Shown here piece after piece: positions 11,258-24,516 of a stretch of DNA of 64,000 nucleotides. The stretch is taken from the NCBI GenBank assembly GCA_965153455.1, contig OZ234493.1, positions 26,216,213 to 26,280,212 of the forward strand. Direction: 5' to 3'. The stretch is from Sphagnum compactum. Lineage: Eukaryota. The translations under genes and the position numbers were made by a program. The notes under the pieces are model-generated. The model was not told the DNA's origin and did not search any database. It saw only the letters and a list, made by a program, of their open reading frames with translations. Position 1 is the stretch's first letter. The number at the start of each line of letters is the position of its first letter.

Positions 11258-14200
11258 TACTATATTGGTATAGAGTCGAAAACATTTTTTAACTAGTTGG
11301 TCAATTACTGAATATTCTCAACATCAACAATGTCTCTCCAAGTTGAACACTCAACTATGTTGATAAACAATGTGAAACATGTTTTCACAAAAGTGCCATT
11401 TTAAAAATATTTTTGGCATCTAAGGTTCTTTAATTGGCATATAGTCAAAACATTGATGAATGTTCAATTATTTTAATGACACCAACAACACACATATATG
11501 GATGATAAAATGTATTAAAGGACAAATCAAATGTAGTCTTGTTTGTAACTATTTATTTCAACTAGGTTAAACAATTAGTATGCAACTTTGATTTTAATAT
11601 TTATTTAAAATTATAATAACATTAACTTTCATGTAAATTTTATTTGTATAAATGAATGGTTTTTTTCTTGCATATAAATATTAAAATTTAATTTCAAAAT
11701 AAAGTTTTGGAAATTCTAAATATATGTTAGTAATAATGTTTATGTTCAATACACATGTAATTTATTATTTTTATGTACATCATTAAAACATATTAAGTAC
11801 TGACACATGACTAATAATATTGTGCAACTCTAATGTTTATTCATTTTTATATACATGATATCTTAATATTTGTTTAAAATTATGATAAAAACTCATTAAA
11901 CACTAATGTACCTTATGTCATTGGCCCAAGTTTGAATGCATTCAATTGAATTTTCCTTCGTAACCCCTTTTTGTAATTTGTTTGAATTTATAACAACAAT
12001 ACCCACTAATATTTCAATAATATAGTTCCCATTTTAGGTCTCAAAATTATGGAATCAACATTATTAAATCAAACTTGGTGAGGGCTTTCCAATAATAGCA
12101 AGAATGCCCCCATATTCCAACATAGTTTTCAATATTGGTTTTTTTAATAAATTCAATGAAAACATGCTTGAATAATCGATAAATTCTACACCATAACTCC
12201 AAACATTTTAAACCAAGTTGGTGCACCCCTACTCATTGAGAACTTTATGATGATATGTCCCATAGCATAACGTAAAATGCTATGGTTTGGGAGATTTCAT
12301 TGTGACAAAACAAAACAAACTACCTTCCTTCATGAACGAATAATGTAACATGTGTTGATGGCCCCAAGTGTGAACACACTCAAAGCATTTTCCATTCTAA
12401 ACCCATTTTTTAAAAAAATGGATTGAATTTTCAAAAACAAGATTCATTCAAAATTCAATATCTTCCGCACCTTAAATATGAAAATACTAAATAAACTTCA
12501 TTAAATTTGGCTCATCAATTATTTTCCAACGGCACCAAGTAAACCCTTAGATTCAAATACACTTTTTATGTATGATTTTATTAAGGTTTACCAAGAAAAT
12601 GATTCAATAATCAATAACCTTTGCATTGTAGCTCCAAAAATTCTCAAACCAAGTCAATGCACCCTACTCATTGTTAGGTTTTCAAATATATTAATAGCAT
12701 TGCATGAAGCAATTTAGTTCAAAAAATCTAAACATAATAAAACAAAACAAAACAAATTATCTACCTTCGTAAATAGATTAAATTACATGTAAGTTTTTTT
12801 TGTATCAAATGAATGGTTATGTATGATGCAAATAATTTTGTGCATATAAATATGTAATTTCAAAATAAAATTTAAAGAATTTATGAAATATGAGTTTGTA
12901 ATAATGAATGTTCAATATATGTAATTTATTATTTTTTTGTAATCAAGTTTTAATATACAAAAAATCAAGAAATGATACATAATTAATAATTTTGTGGAAC
13001 TGTAATGTTCATTCATTTTTATACATATGATGTCTTAATATATATTTAAAATAAAATGTAAATTCATTAATTATTAAGATCCATGTAAATGTTTTTTGTA
13101 TACATGAATGGTTCATTGGTTATGTAACAGGAAATTTTTTGTGCATATAAATATTACACTTTAATTTGAAAATAAAATATAAGCAATTTTGGAAATATAA
13201 GTCAATTTAATAATGTGTATGTTCAATACATGCATAATATATTATTTCAATGTAGATTCAATTTTAATTTACAACATCTCAAGTAATGAGGCTTAATTAA
13301 TATTTTTTGGGAATATGTTCAATACATTTGTAATTTATTATTTCCATGTAGATCAATTTTAGTTTACAACATATCATGTAATGATACATTATTAATATTT
13401 TTTATAAATTCAATATTTTTTCTAGTGTTGGTTATTAGTTCCAATAAAATTTTCATGTTTTCATTTTATTACCAATTATTTTATTATTTATTTATGATTA
13501 AATTATAAAAATTATTGAAATAATTAGAAATATATATTTGATAAATTATTATATAATTGAAGAGATTATTTTCATTTAACATTACTATGTTTTAAGATCT
13601 ATTTTTGTTATATTTTTCTTACTTAACCTCTATTATATTAATTCATCATAGTTCCAATAAGGTAGAGAAATATATGAATAATAGTTAAATAATTAACTAG
13701 CCTAGCCTAACTATTAGCTACAATAGTATTATTAATGTTTTTTTGGTTATTATAGCCAATTAGTATTTATCATTATATTTTAATAATCAATTTAATTAAA
13801 ATTTCATTTAAAATATATTATTGAATATTTATATTTGAGTTAATTCCTTGTTTTATGAAATATTGAAAACCCTATGGATTTGGAATTTTAAAAATATTCA
13901 ATAATAGTAATACTTATTTTTTAAAGACAATTACATTTAATTGCTGATTTTTTTTTAAACTAACTAATCACCATATTATTTAATATGATGGAAATATGTA
14001 TAATTGTTTACTTATACAACTATACAATTAAAAATAATTGATAAATAATTACTACAAGTAATTAGAGTAACTAACTAAACTTAGGCTAGGTAGATTATTA
14101 CTTTAAACTAGGCCTAATTAAGCTTAAACTAACTTATATAACTAGATTACAACTATTTGAGTTGCAATTAGGTTGTAACTGGATTACAATTAGGTTATAA

Positions 14201-14959
14201 CTAAATTTTTTATCCCAATTATTTGGCTTCCATTCCATGAATCCAAACTATTTAAAGGAGTGCATTAAGATTGTTGGAAAACATGATAAATATGAAAATG
14301 TAATAGTCATTTGGGATGATCCAATTAAAAAGGTTCAACCCTAAAGGTTCAACCAAATGAAATATAATTTCATTTATAATTACCACATGGCCTAAGTCTA
14401 GGTCTAGCATAGGTGTCTAGGTCCAACCCTAATTTAATCCTAAGTTGAACGGCCTATGTATAGGTTTAGCCTAGAGACATAGGTTTAAACCTAACCTATG
14501 ATTAAGCACCATGCGGCTTAACCTATTGATGTGGATGTGCCAAGTGTCATTTAACTATTTGTTGACCTTAACATTGTGACTATACCAAACAACTAGCCAA
14601 GTGTTCAGTTTACATAGTTGCAACATAGTTAAAATTGTAATTTTATTTTTGGGTGACGTCACGCCCAGTTAGCAGATGAAGTTCATTCAATAGTCGAATC
14701 TAGTTGAATCATCCCTCAACTAAATTGGTACAACAACTTTCAACTAAATTGGCAAACAATGGCATGTAGTAGCTATTGTTATGGTGTTGACACGTGGCAT
14801 ACACTTTTGACTAAATTTCATTCTCGACTTGTACTTGTTGACATTATTGGTTACCGATTGCAAAAAACAAGTTACAATTATATGTGTAGTTTTCGACTTG
14901 GTTTGTAATTGAATGCTAGTTGAAAACATAGTTACAAAATGGGGGAGTTTTTATTAGTG
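11258..14959. mobile_element. ~3.7-kb AT-rich insertion interrupting the LRR array of copy 1, probably a decayed, nested DNA transposon (CACTA-like ends)
   Basis: LRR sequence stops at tgttccaat (11257) and resumes at aactaccttcatct (14960). The ends read TACTA... and ...TAGTG and share inverted subterminal motifs (agtcgaaaac; tttt.aactag...caattac). Internal repeats include two ~430-bp copies (~11925-12340, ~12360-12780) and three copies of a catgtaa..gaatggtt..tgcatataaatat unit. There is no clean TSD. Confidence 0.5.
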
Positions 14960-15300
14960 AACTACCTTCATCTACTGGCCAATTGAATGCACTCTAGATC
15001 TTTACTTATAAGACTTCTCCAACTCGAGAGCGTCGTGAGAGAAATATTCATCTATTGGCAAATTGAATGCACTCAAAGTCCTTCATTTGTCAAGGTGTCC
15101 AATTTGAAATAACTATTTCAACTATTGGCCAATTGAGTACATTCCAAAAGCTTCATTTGTTAAGGTGTTCCAGTTTCAAAACATTATTTTCATCTATTGG
15201 TCATTGAATGCACTTAAAAATCTTGATTTGTGTGAATGTTTCAACTTGCAAGAATTACTTGCATGTACATTGGCAAATTAAATGCACTCCAAAAGTTTTA
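14960..15300 (+). pseudogene. Orphaned degenerate LRR units (~5) of the HNL family
   Basis: Repeated catcta(c/t)tggc(c/a)aatt(g/a)aatgcact... units with frameshifts and stops. They are more diverged than the coding arrays and are absent from the ORF track. Confidence 0.85.
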
Positions 15301-15960
15301 ATTGTTTTAAACAGTAGGAAATAGAGTCATCATTAGGCCAGCGACTCACTTGCTATAACAAGTAGAATCGGTGAAAGGGAAATTCGTCAATTGGCATTGA
15401 CTAAGAATATATTGAACTTGTAAGGATTGGAACCTTCATTATAGATTATGAGTTAAGTTCAATGTGTAATCTTAATCCAACAACCAAAGGCAAATTATTA
15501 AACTCCTCTTGGACATTCTTATTAGGTTTGTGTCCCAATTCCTTAGGGGTCGGAGGCCTTAGTGGCCGAAATGTCGGGGAAAATGTCATGAAATACAAAT
15601 GAACCAAACTAGATGGCTTAGTTAATCGACCCAAACTTGAAAGAATCCAATTCTGAGAATTAACCTTTATTGATGGACATATGTTCGACCTACTATGTAA
15701 CAGTATTTACTTAATTGAACTATGTTTTGAAACTTTGACGCATGTGAATGATCTTCATTTGTTAGTCATGCAAGATACATTTGGCATTCTCCAATTCATC
15801 TATTATTGTCTTCTTGTTAGACTTAACATTTTCAATTAATTATTTCTTTTATCTAACTACTATAATTTGTATATTGCATGTCTCCAATTTATTGTATAGT
15901 CAAATAATTTTCAAAAGATGTTTGAACAATTGTGTTGACTCTTTTTCATTTTCTTTGCAG

Positions 15961-18900
15961 AAATATGTAGTGCATGATTTAAATCCCACTTGTAATACCA
16001 ATAATCCAAACTTGACCATCGTTTTTTTTCATGGGATTGCTTTTGGCACAAATGATGAATGGAAGGAAACATGGACAACATGCCCCACCAACAATAGAGA
16101 AGAGTGCATATGTTGGCCAGAAAAGTGGCTACCCGAAGACTTGAACAACAATGTTCGAATTTTATCATTGTCTTATGATTCTAAAATTGTGACAAGTGTT
16201 CACAATGATGTGATTGAAATTGGCAAAAACCTCATTCAAAGTTTGGTTACAAATTCAAGGTGTGACAATCTCTTCTATTTAAGGACACATTAATTACTTC
16301 TCCTTATGTATATTAAAGAAAATTGTTTAGATCTTTAGAATTTCTTAAATGTTGTGCAGGAGTTAATTGTTCATGTGTACTAGTATTGTGATACACACCA
16401 ACAAGATTCAATTTATTTGAATTGTTAAATTCATGTAGGAGAACATAAAATGGGGCTTATGTGCAAATGTTCTTGTTTGAAGATAATAACAAAGTCTATG
16501 TTCATATTATAAGTTCATGGTACAACTAGTTTGGTTTTGATGGCAAGTTTTAGGTCGAGCTTTTTGGAGTTTTATCTTTGGTAATGGAATTCAATTAAAT
16601 TAAATTCTATTAATACTTGTGTAGAAAATTTGCATCCATTTCATTGCAAAAAAAATTTTCAAAAAGAATGTATCTTTTTTTTTTTTTTAAATTTCTTTTT
16701 GTTTCAACAATATTTCCAAGGTAACACAGAAGATGAATCGTGCATTAACACAAGAATGTAAACGCCTACATACTTGTACATTATAATTGTTTTACCAAAA
16801 CATGGTTGTCACATTTTTTAGGTAAATTAATGGAATTAATAAATGACAAATGACAAGCAAATCAATTACGAACTTATGGTTTAGGTCATGTGTGAATTGG
16901 AAAATTGTCCCCAAGTATAATAGGACAAATTTGTACATGTTAATACAATGTAGATAATGGAATTTTATGCATTGTTGAATATTTTGTAGTTATCAATCGC
17001 TTTGGGATGGACCGGTGGCATTAATTGCTTATAGTTTTGGAGGTCTTATACTCAAAAGCTTGGTGGTTGAAGCTCACAAACATGTACATCAAAGGTCAAA
17101 ATATAGTTTGGATGATGAAGTCCACAAATGTTGTAAGACATTTTTGAACAATGTTAAAGGTGTAATATTTTACGGTGTACCACATGTTGGCGATACCCAA
17201 TATTTATCAAATTATTTCATTTGGCAACATCAACAAATCAACACATTGAACAAGTGTGCAACCCAATCTGGTTTTTTAAAAAGCTTAAAATCTTTCAACC
17301 GACAAATGGAACACCTTTCAACAGATTTTAAAAATGTTATTCCTGAAGATGTCAACATTTATGCATTTGGTGAAGGATTACCACTCGACGAGAATTGGGT
17401 AAGATTTTCATTTCACCACATCGAAAGTTATCCAACTAAGTTCATTAATTGAACATTTTTTGTATCGTCAAAATTTGTGTGGGATCATGTACTCCATACT
17501 TCTTAATACAATAATGTGGTGAATGGGTCATGTGTTTTATGAACTTTGTTTCATGAAATATTATTGATGGAAAGAAAATTTGATTGACTTCAAACATCAT
17601 GAAATAGGTTTTAAATTTTCCCTTCATCAAATCAATTCCATACAAATATTTGTCGTGAAAATCATATCATGATTAAAACATGTAAGATTAATGAAATTAA
17701 AAGCCAATAACCTTGTGATTTGCTTGCCAAAGGGTTGAAGGAAATTACTTTCACACCAAATATTTCATTGTTATTCAAACATCAATAGTTATTAAGCTAT
17801 AGTTTCCACCACCATTTGGATTTACTGTGTTATTTATAAGTTCAAGCATAGTTGAACAAACAAGTCAATGAGTTCCATTAACTTAATCTTTTGCTCATGC
17901 AGGGAATTTTAGTGCCATATGCCTCAGCTATTCAATTGTCAAACAACAACCATTATAGAATCGAAGATGCTAATCACTTGACAATTTGCAAGCCACCAAA
18001 CAAAAATCATCCAAGCTATTATTTATTGTTACAATGTTTGAGAATATGTATGGAGGTAAAAAAATCAAATCTAAGTCTTTTGACTTCATATATGTTCATG
18101 TTATTTTATACATTTTAGGTCATAGCACACTTGATGTGTATCGCATATGTAATGTCATATATATTGGTTATCAAATAAAAAAGATAACATATAAATGACC
18201 TTTGTTTTGTGAAATTTGACAGAAAAATATATTACTTCCACCTTTGCCATGTCATGAGGTGGCGTTGATTGACAAAGCAAAAGATATAAACATCTTGTTA
18301 CAAAAGGAATCTATTGTTGGTTTGGTTGGAATGGGGGGAATTGGGAAAACCACTTTGAGCAAAAAATTCTATCATTTGTTCCACAACCAATATGACAAAT
18401 CTAGTTTTTTGGAGGATGTGAATTCAAAGGACAATATCAATGATGTCATAAAACAACTCCTACATGATTTGTGTGACAAAAAAATATCCAAGGATGAAAA
18501 TGTGAACAAAGAAGACTTTGACAAAATTAGGCAATGTATGATATCAAAGAAAGTGTTAGTGGTGGTGGATGATGTTGGTAAAGTGGAAAACCTTACGTCC
18601 TTGCCAATTTTCATTGATAAGGCTGCTAGGAATGCAGCTTCTAAAAGTAGAATACTTGTGAATTGTCGAAATTGGCAAAATCTAAAATCTCACGTAAGTG
18701 AAGATGGAAAATGATCATGAATTTTTTGGAGGAAGAGCAAGCAATGGAACTTTTTATGTTCCATGCATTCGGTAATGCAAATCATGTTCCAACAAAATAT
18801 TTCAAAGATATATGTAAGGAGATTATAAAAGCTTGTGGAGGGCTCCCTTTAAGTATTAAAGTATTGGGTTCTTTTTTGTGCGATACTAAAGAATTGGATA

Positions 18901-21900
18901 TCTGGGAAGGCGCATTGAACAAATTGAAAAGTGGGCAAAGTTTCACCGGGGGCAATGATAATGAAAAACTTTGGAGTAAATTGAAGATTTCTTATGAGTA
19001 TTTGGATAAGGAACATCAAAGCATGTTTTTGGATATTGCTTGTTTCTTTGGTGGTTTGAAAATAAGGACAATTTGTCGAGCGTGGAATGGAGATCATTTA
19101 CACCCAAAATTTGCATTGCAAAATTTACAACATAGATCTTTAATCCAAGGCAGAGAAGGTGGAATCTTGTACATACATGAACAATTACGAGACATGGGTC
19201 AAAATATTGCAATGGAACTTCCAATTATGAATCGATTTATATGGAAAGCAAATGAATCAAATTTCGTTTTACCAAACAATGAGGTTGTCACCATATTATT
19301 TCAATCTTATAATTTTATTTCGATTTCCTATGAATTTTTTTAATGTCCAAAAACAAATGTTTTAACTTTGAATCTTGATTTTATGAATAACGTTTTTCTA
19401 ATAAGAATTAATAATAAGATGAAATGTTTTTTTTATATTGATAATCCTTTTGTTTTCATTTCATGTGATAGGTGGTGGAAATTTTAAAAGGCATCTCATT
19501 GAAAAAATGTGTCAATTTGGCTACATTGTCCCAAATCGGCTCCAAGGGATTTCGCAACCTTAGGTTGGTTGACTTAACAGAAGCTTCACCAACTAATGTG
19601 GAAAATTGCATTCAAGGGCGAAATTTGAATAATGTTAAGTGGATGTGCCTCAAAAATTGCATGATTCGAAATTTGCCAAGTAATTTGTTTGATTGTTTAC
19701 AATTACAAGTATTTGATTTGTCAGGGTGTTCCACCTTGAAAAAATTACCTTCATCTATTGGCCGATTGAATGCACTGCAAGAGCTTGATTTGTCAAGGTG
19801 TTCTAATTTGAAGGAACTACCTTCATCTATTGGCCAATTGAATGCACTCCAAGAGCTTCATTTGTCAGGGTGGTCTAAGTTGAAAAAACTACCTTCATCT
19901 ATTGGCTAATTGAATGCACTCCAAGGGCTTTATTTGTGGGGGTGTTCCAATTTGAAAGAACTACCTTCATCTATTGGCCAATTGAATGCACTCGAAAAGC
20001 TTGATTTAGGAAGGTGTTCCAACTTGAAAGAACTACCTTCATCTATTGGCCAATTGAATGCACTCCAAAAGCTTTATTTGACAGGGTGTTCGAACTTGAA
20101 AGAACTACCTTCATCTATTGGCCAATTGAATGCACTCCAAGAGCTTTATTTAGAAGGGTGTTCCAACTTGAAAGAACTACCTTCATCTATTGGCCAATTG
20201 AATGCACTCCAAGAGCTGGATTTGTGGGGGTGTTCCAACGTGAAAGAACTACCTTCATCTATTGGCCAATTGAATGCACTCCAATGGCTTAATTTGGGCG
20301 GGTGTTCCAACTTGAAAGAACTACCTTCATCTATTGGCCAATTGAATGCACTCCAAGGGCTTTATTTGTGGGGGTGTTCCAATTTGAAAGAACTACCTTC
20401 ATCTATTGGCCAATTGAATGCACTCGAAAAGCTTGATTTGGGAAGGTGTTCCAACTTGAAAGATCTACCTTCATCTATTGGCCAATTGAATGCACTCGAA
20501 ATGTTTGATTTAAAAGGGTGTTCGAACTTGAGAGAACTACCTTCATCCATTGGCCAATTGAATGCACTCCAAAAGCTTTATTTGTGGGGGTGTTCAAATT
20601 TGAAAGAACTACCCTCATCTATGGGCCAATTGAATGCACTCCAAAAGCTTTATTTGATAGGGTGTTTGAATTTGAAAGAACTACCCTCATCTATTAGCCA
20701 ATTGAATGCACTGCAAGAGCTTCATTTAAAAGAGTGTTGCAACTTGAAAGAACTACCTTCATCTATTGGCCAATTGAATGCACTCGAAATGTTTGATTTA
20801 GAAGGGTGTTCCAACTTGAAAGAACTACCTTCATCTATTGGCCAATTGAATGCACTCCAAGAGCTTAATTTGTGCGGGTGTTCCAATTTGAAAGACCTAC
20901 CTTCATCTATTGGCCAATTGAATGCACTCGAAATGTTTGATTTAAAAGGGTGTTCCAACTTGAAAGAACTACCTTCATCTATTGGCCAATTGAATGCACT
21001 CGAAAAGCTTGATTTAGAAAGGTGTTTCAACTTGAAAGAACTACCTTCATCTATTGGCCAATTGAATGCACTCCAACAGCTTGATCTGTCGGGGTGTTGC
21101 AACTTGAAAGAACTACTTTCATCTATCGGCCAATTGAATGCACTTGAAAAGCTTGATTTAGGAAGGTGTTCCAACTTGAAAGAACTACCTTCATCTATTG
21201 GCCAATTGAATGCACTCGAAAAGCTTGATTTAAAAGGGTGTTCCAACTTGAAAGAACTACCTTCATCTATTGGCCAATTGAATGCACTCCAACAGCTTGA
21301 TTTGTCGGGGTGTTGCAACTTGAAAGAACTACCTTCATCTATTGGCCAATTGAATGCACTCCAAGAACTTGATTTGTGGGGGTGTTCCAATTTGAAAGAA
21401 CTACCTTCATCTATTGGCCAATTGAATGCACTCGAAATGTTTGATGTAGAAGGGTGTTTCAACTTGAAAGAACTACCTTCATCTATTGGCCAATTGAATG
21501 CACTCCAAGAGCTTAATTTGTGCGGGTGTTCCAACTTGAAAAAACTACCTTCATCTATTGGCCAATTGAATGCACTCCAAGGGTTTTATTTGTGGGGGTG
21601 TTCCAATTTGAAAGAACTACCTTCATCTATTGGCTAATTGAATGCACTTCAAGAGCTTTATTTAAAAGGGTGTTAAAACTTGAAAGAACTACCTTCATCT
21701 ATTGGCCAATTGAATGCACTCGAAAAGCTTGATTTAGGAAGGTGTTCCAACTTGAAAGAACTACCTTTATCTATTGGCCAATTGAATGCACTCGAAGAGC
21801 TTGATTTAGAAGGGTGTTCGAACTTGAAAGAACTACCTTCATCTATTGGCCAATTGAATGCATTCCAAGAGCTTGATTTAAAAGGGTGTTCGAACTTGAA

Positions 21901-22181
21901 AGAACTACCTTCATCTATTGGCCAATTGAATGCACTCCAAGAGCTTTATTTAAAAGGGTGTTGCAACTTGAAAGAATTACCTTCATCTATTGCCAATTGA
22001 ATGCACTCCAAGAGCTTTATTTGTGAGAATGTTCCAACTTGAAAGAATTACCTTCATCTATTGGCCAATTGAATGCACTCCAAGAGCTTTATTTAGAAGG
22101 GTGTTCGAACTTGAAAGAATTACCTTCATCTATTGACAATCAAATGCACTCCGAAAACTTTATTTATGAAAGTGTTCCAAT
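15961..22181 (+). pseudogene. HNL copy 2, 5'-truncated and disrupted. Exon homologs: 15961-16259, 16990-17398, 17903-18055, 18223-19283, 19472-~22181
   Basis: It has the same splice sites as copy 1. A 1-bp loss in an A-run (18708-18711) gives TGA at 18712-18714 within NB-ARC. In-frame TAA codons occur at 19907-19909, 21635-21637 and 21674-21676, and there is a frameshift near 21993. There is no homolog of the 4295-4600 exons. Confidence 0.85.
19703..22181 (+). repeat. 72-bp LRR tandem array of HNL copy 2, ~35 units
   Basis: It has the same constant segment as copy 1 but a different series of variable segments. Confidence 0.97.
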
Positions 22182-24516
22182 TTACTATATTGGTATATAG
22201 TCGTTGTAGCCCTATGCATTTTTCCTTTCGTGGGTATCAAATCCAAATCATAATTACTAAACTTCTATGTTGTTCAACATGAGATAATTGTTGAAACTTC
22301 TAGGGTCATTTATTTTCACTACATTTGGAGTTGTATTTCCTAACAAACCTCCAAATAGGATCCTTGGTCCTAAATTGTGTTAAACACATTGCCTTCAATT
22401 TGTTGATCCATTCATACTTTTTAGCCCATGTTGTACACAATGAATTGGATGTGGTATACCCTTGATGTGGTATACCATTGTCACAAAGACTCATAGGAAA
22501 ATGGTCTATTCTTTGCTTTTCCAAAATTCGTATGTTAATATCAAATTGACTTTTCACAAAATATGTTTCTAATTCAAAATTTACAATCTAGAAAAGGAAA
22601 GCAAATAATTTCAAAAGTCAAAACATTCATTAAACAAAAGAAAATTTTGTTACACCTTTTTGTGCCATAAGAAGGTTCCAATCCTTTGTCTTTAATGAAC
22701 ACAATTAAGGATCATAAGTTTTTCCCACAAACATTTTGTAAGTATGTTGGAGGAGATCTAAGAACTCATATATAAAATTTTAGAAAAATTAGGTCACAAC
22801 ACTTTGAAATACTTAAAATGAGGATGATTATGGTCATAACCTTGCAAGTGTGGTTCACAAAATGGTAGATCATTGTTTTCATCACAAAAAACTGTTAAAA
22901 ACTACTTAATTGCAAAAATGTTTAAATTTTTTAACTCAATTGCATGTTCAAATCATGATTGCTTTGTGTTTATTTCTTTGTTGACTTTTTGGGATTCTTT
23001 TCACCTTTTTTTAGTAGGTTGAGGGTTCAAAATACAATTTGAAAGATGTAAACTAACTTTGATGTAAAATTCAGTTTTATTCAAAACACAAGTATGATAG
23101 GTCGAATGTGTACACTTGATACCTTGTGTTGGAAATTGAACCATGTTGAGATCTTGAAGGCTCCTAGTTTTAATGTTTCAAAATGTTTAATTTCAACACA
23201 CTTTCATATGTGTGCAGGCTTAGGATAATGAGTGAAGGGAAAAAACAAAATAAATGTGCATAGTTGGGTGTGCAAGCTTTGGTCGGTGGGCAAATGGAAA
23301 CCTCCATTGAAACTTTTTAAAATTAAGTCCCCAAAGGAGTATAAATATAGATAGGACCTTCATTATTTTTAATTTGTCAACAATAGTTTGAGGTATAATC
23401 TTGTCCCATAGCCTTGTTATGTTCCTTTTGTGTTTATGTTTTCATGTTTTATCACAATAAAGTTTTGTTTACACACTTCATGTTCTTAGTTTTAATTTTA
23501 AATATGATTTTAAAAAAAACATAATCTTTTGTGTTTAAATTTATACTTATGTTTGTCTTTTCATCACTCATAATTTTTGTGCATGTGCACAACAATTGCA
23601 TTTGATGCTTATGTTAACTCTATCTAGTAACCTTAATAATAAAGATCCATTATTTAAATAATATTTAATTCTTATTTGTATTACATTGAGGAGCTCCACT
23701 TTCAATGCAAAAAATTTGACTTTAGATGATCAAGATTTGCATCTTAATTTTAAAATAATTACAAATTATTTTTATCATGGGCATTTGATGTTAAGGACAT
23801 CTCCATGAATTGGGTTGGTATCAAATTTTATTACATCCACCATAGAGATATTAAATGTTGGTTAAATGTTCTCACACCCCACCCATAAACATGATTTTTA
23901 AACAATATTTTATTGAAACACCATTTAAATGTCAACACCTAAGCCAATCATTGTAATCGACCAATTACAGGTAATCATTTTGATGATACCACCCTAGATA
24001 AAAATATATTATCATGTGCAAAAATGTAATGCCATAGTCAATTTTCACATTATTGTATTGTTATTCCTCATCCATTTTAATGATACAATCCATCAATGAA
24101 GACATCTTAATAGAAAAAAATAGAAACTACACCATGAACTTGTGAAGATGATGTTAATGGAAAGACAAATGTACCTCCTTTTACTAATTGTTCCTAAAGC
24201 TCAATGGGGGAGGGGATGGGGGGTTGTTTTGTGCATAAAAGAATAAGTTGATTATCAAGCATGACACCTAATTTTCCACATGTAAAGCATCATCTTTTTT
24301 TTTCATTTGTATATTTTGATCCCTCACCAAATTGAAAAAATCATGTTTACTAATGTCGTAATGATGCTAAATAAATAATAATTTACACAATCTGAAAGGT
24401 ACTTTCTAGTTTGTCAAAATAATTTTTATCGAATGAAATTACCCACCAACTTGTCCTTTCTATGTCACATTGTCCTTTTGCAATGTCACTGTCATGATGA
24501 TGCTTTATATAGGAGA

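Larger units (their letters stand above)
4945..22203 (+). repeat. Tandem segmental duplication: 4945-11278 duplicated as 15303-22203
   Basis: Introns and exons are near-identical at an offset of 10343-10358. Homology begins at tgtttta.acagtaggaaat and ends at ggtata(g/t)agtcg. Only the LRR array interior is non-collinear. Confidence 0.95.

Noticed and set aside
19907-21637. CAA->TAA stops as substrates for U-to-C RNA editing
   Set aside because: That editing is known from plant organelles, not nuclear mRNAs, and copy 2 also has frameshifts.
9738-21732. Alternative-frame and antisense ORFs over the LRR arrays (FQLERTTFIYWPIECT..., SAFNWPIDEGSSFKLEHP...)
   Set aside because: These are shadows of a tandem repeat that happens to lack stops in other frames. 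There is no independent evidence of coding.
9355-22181. CRISPR-like pattern: constant palindrome-containing repeat alternating with variable spacers
   Set aside because: The period is exactly 72 bp and in frame, the variable parts are homologous LxxLxLxx codons, the context is a spliced eukaryotic gene, and there are no cas genes.
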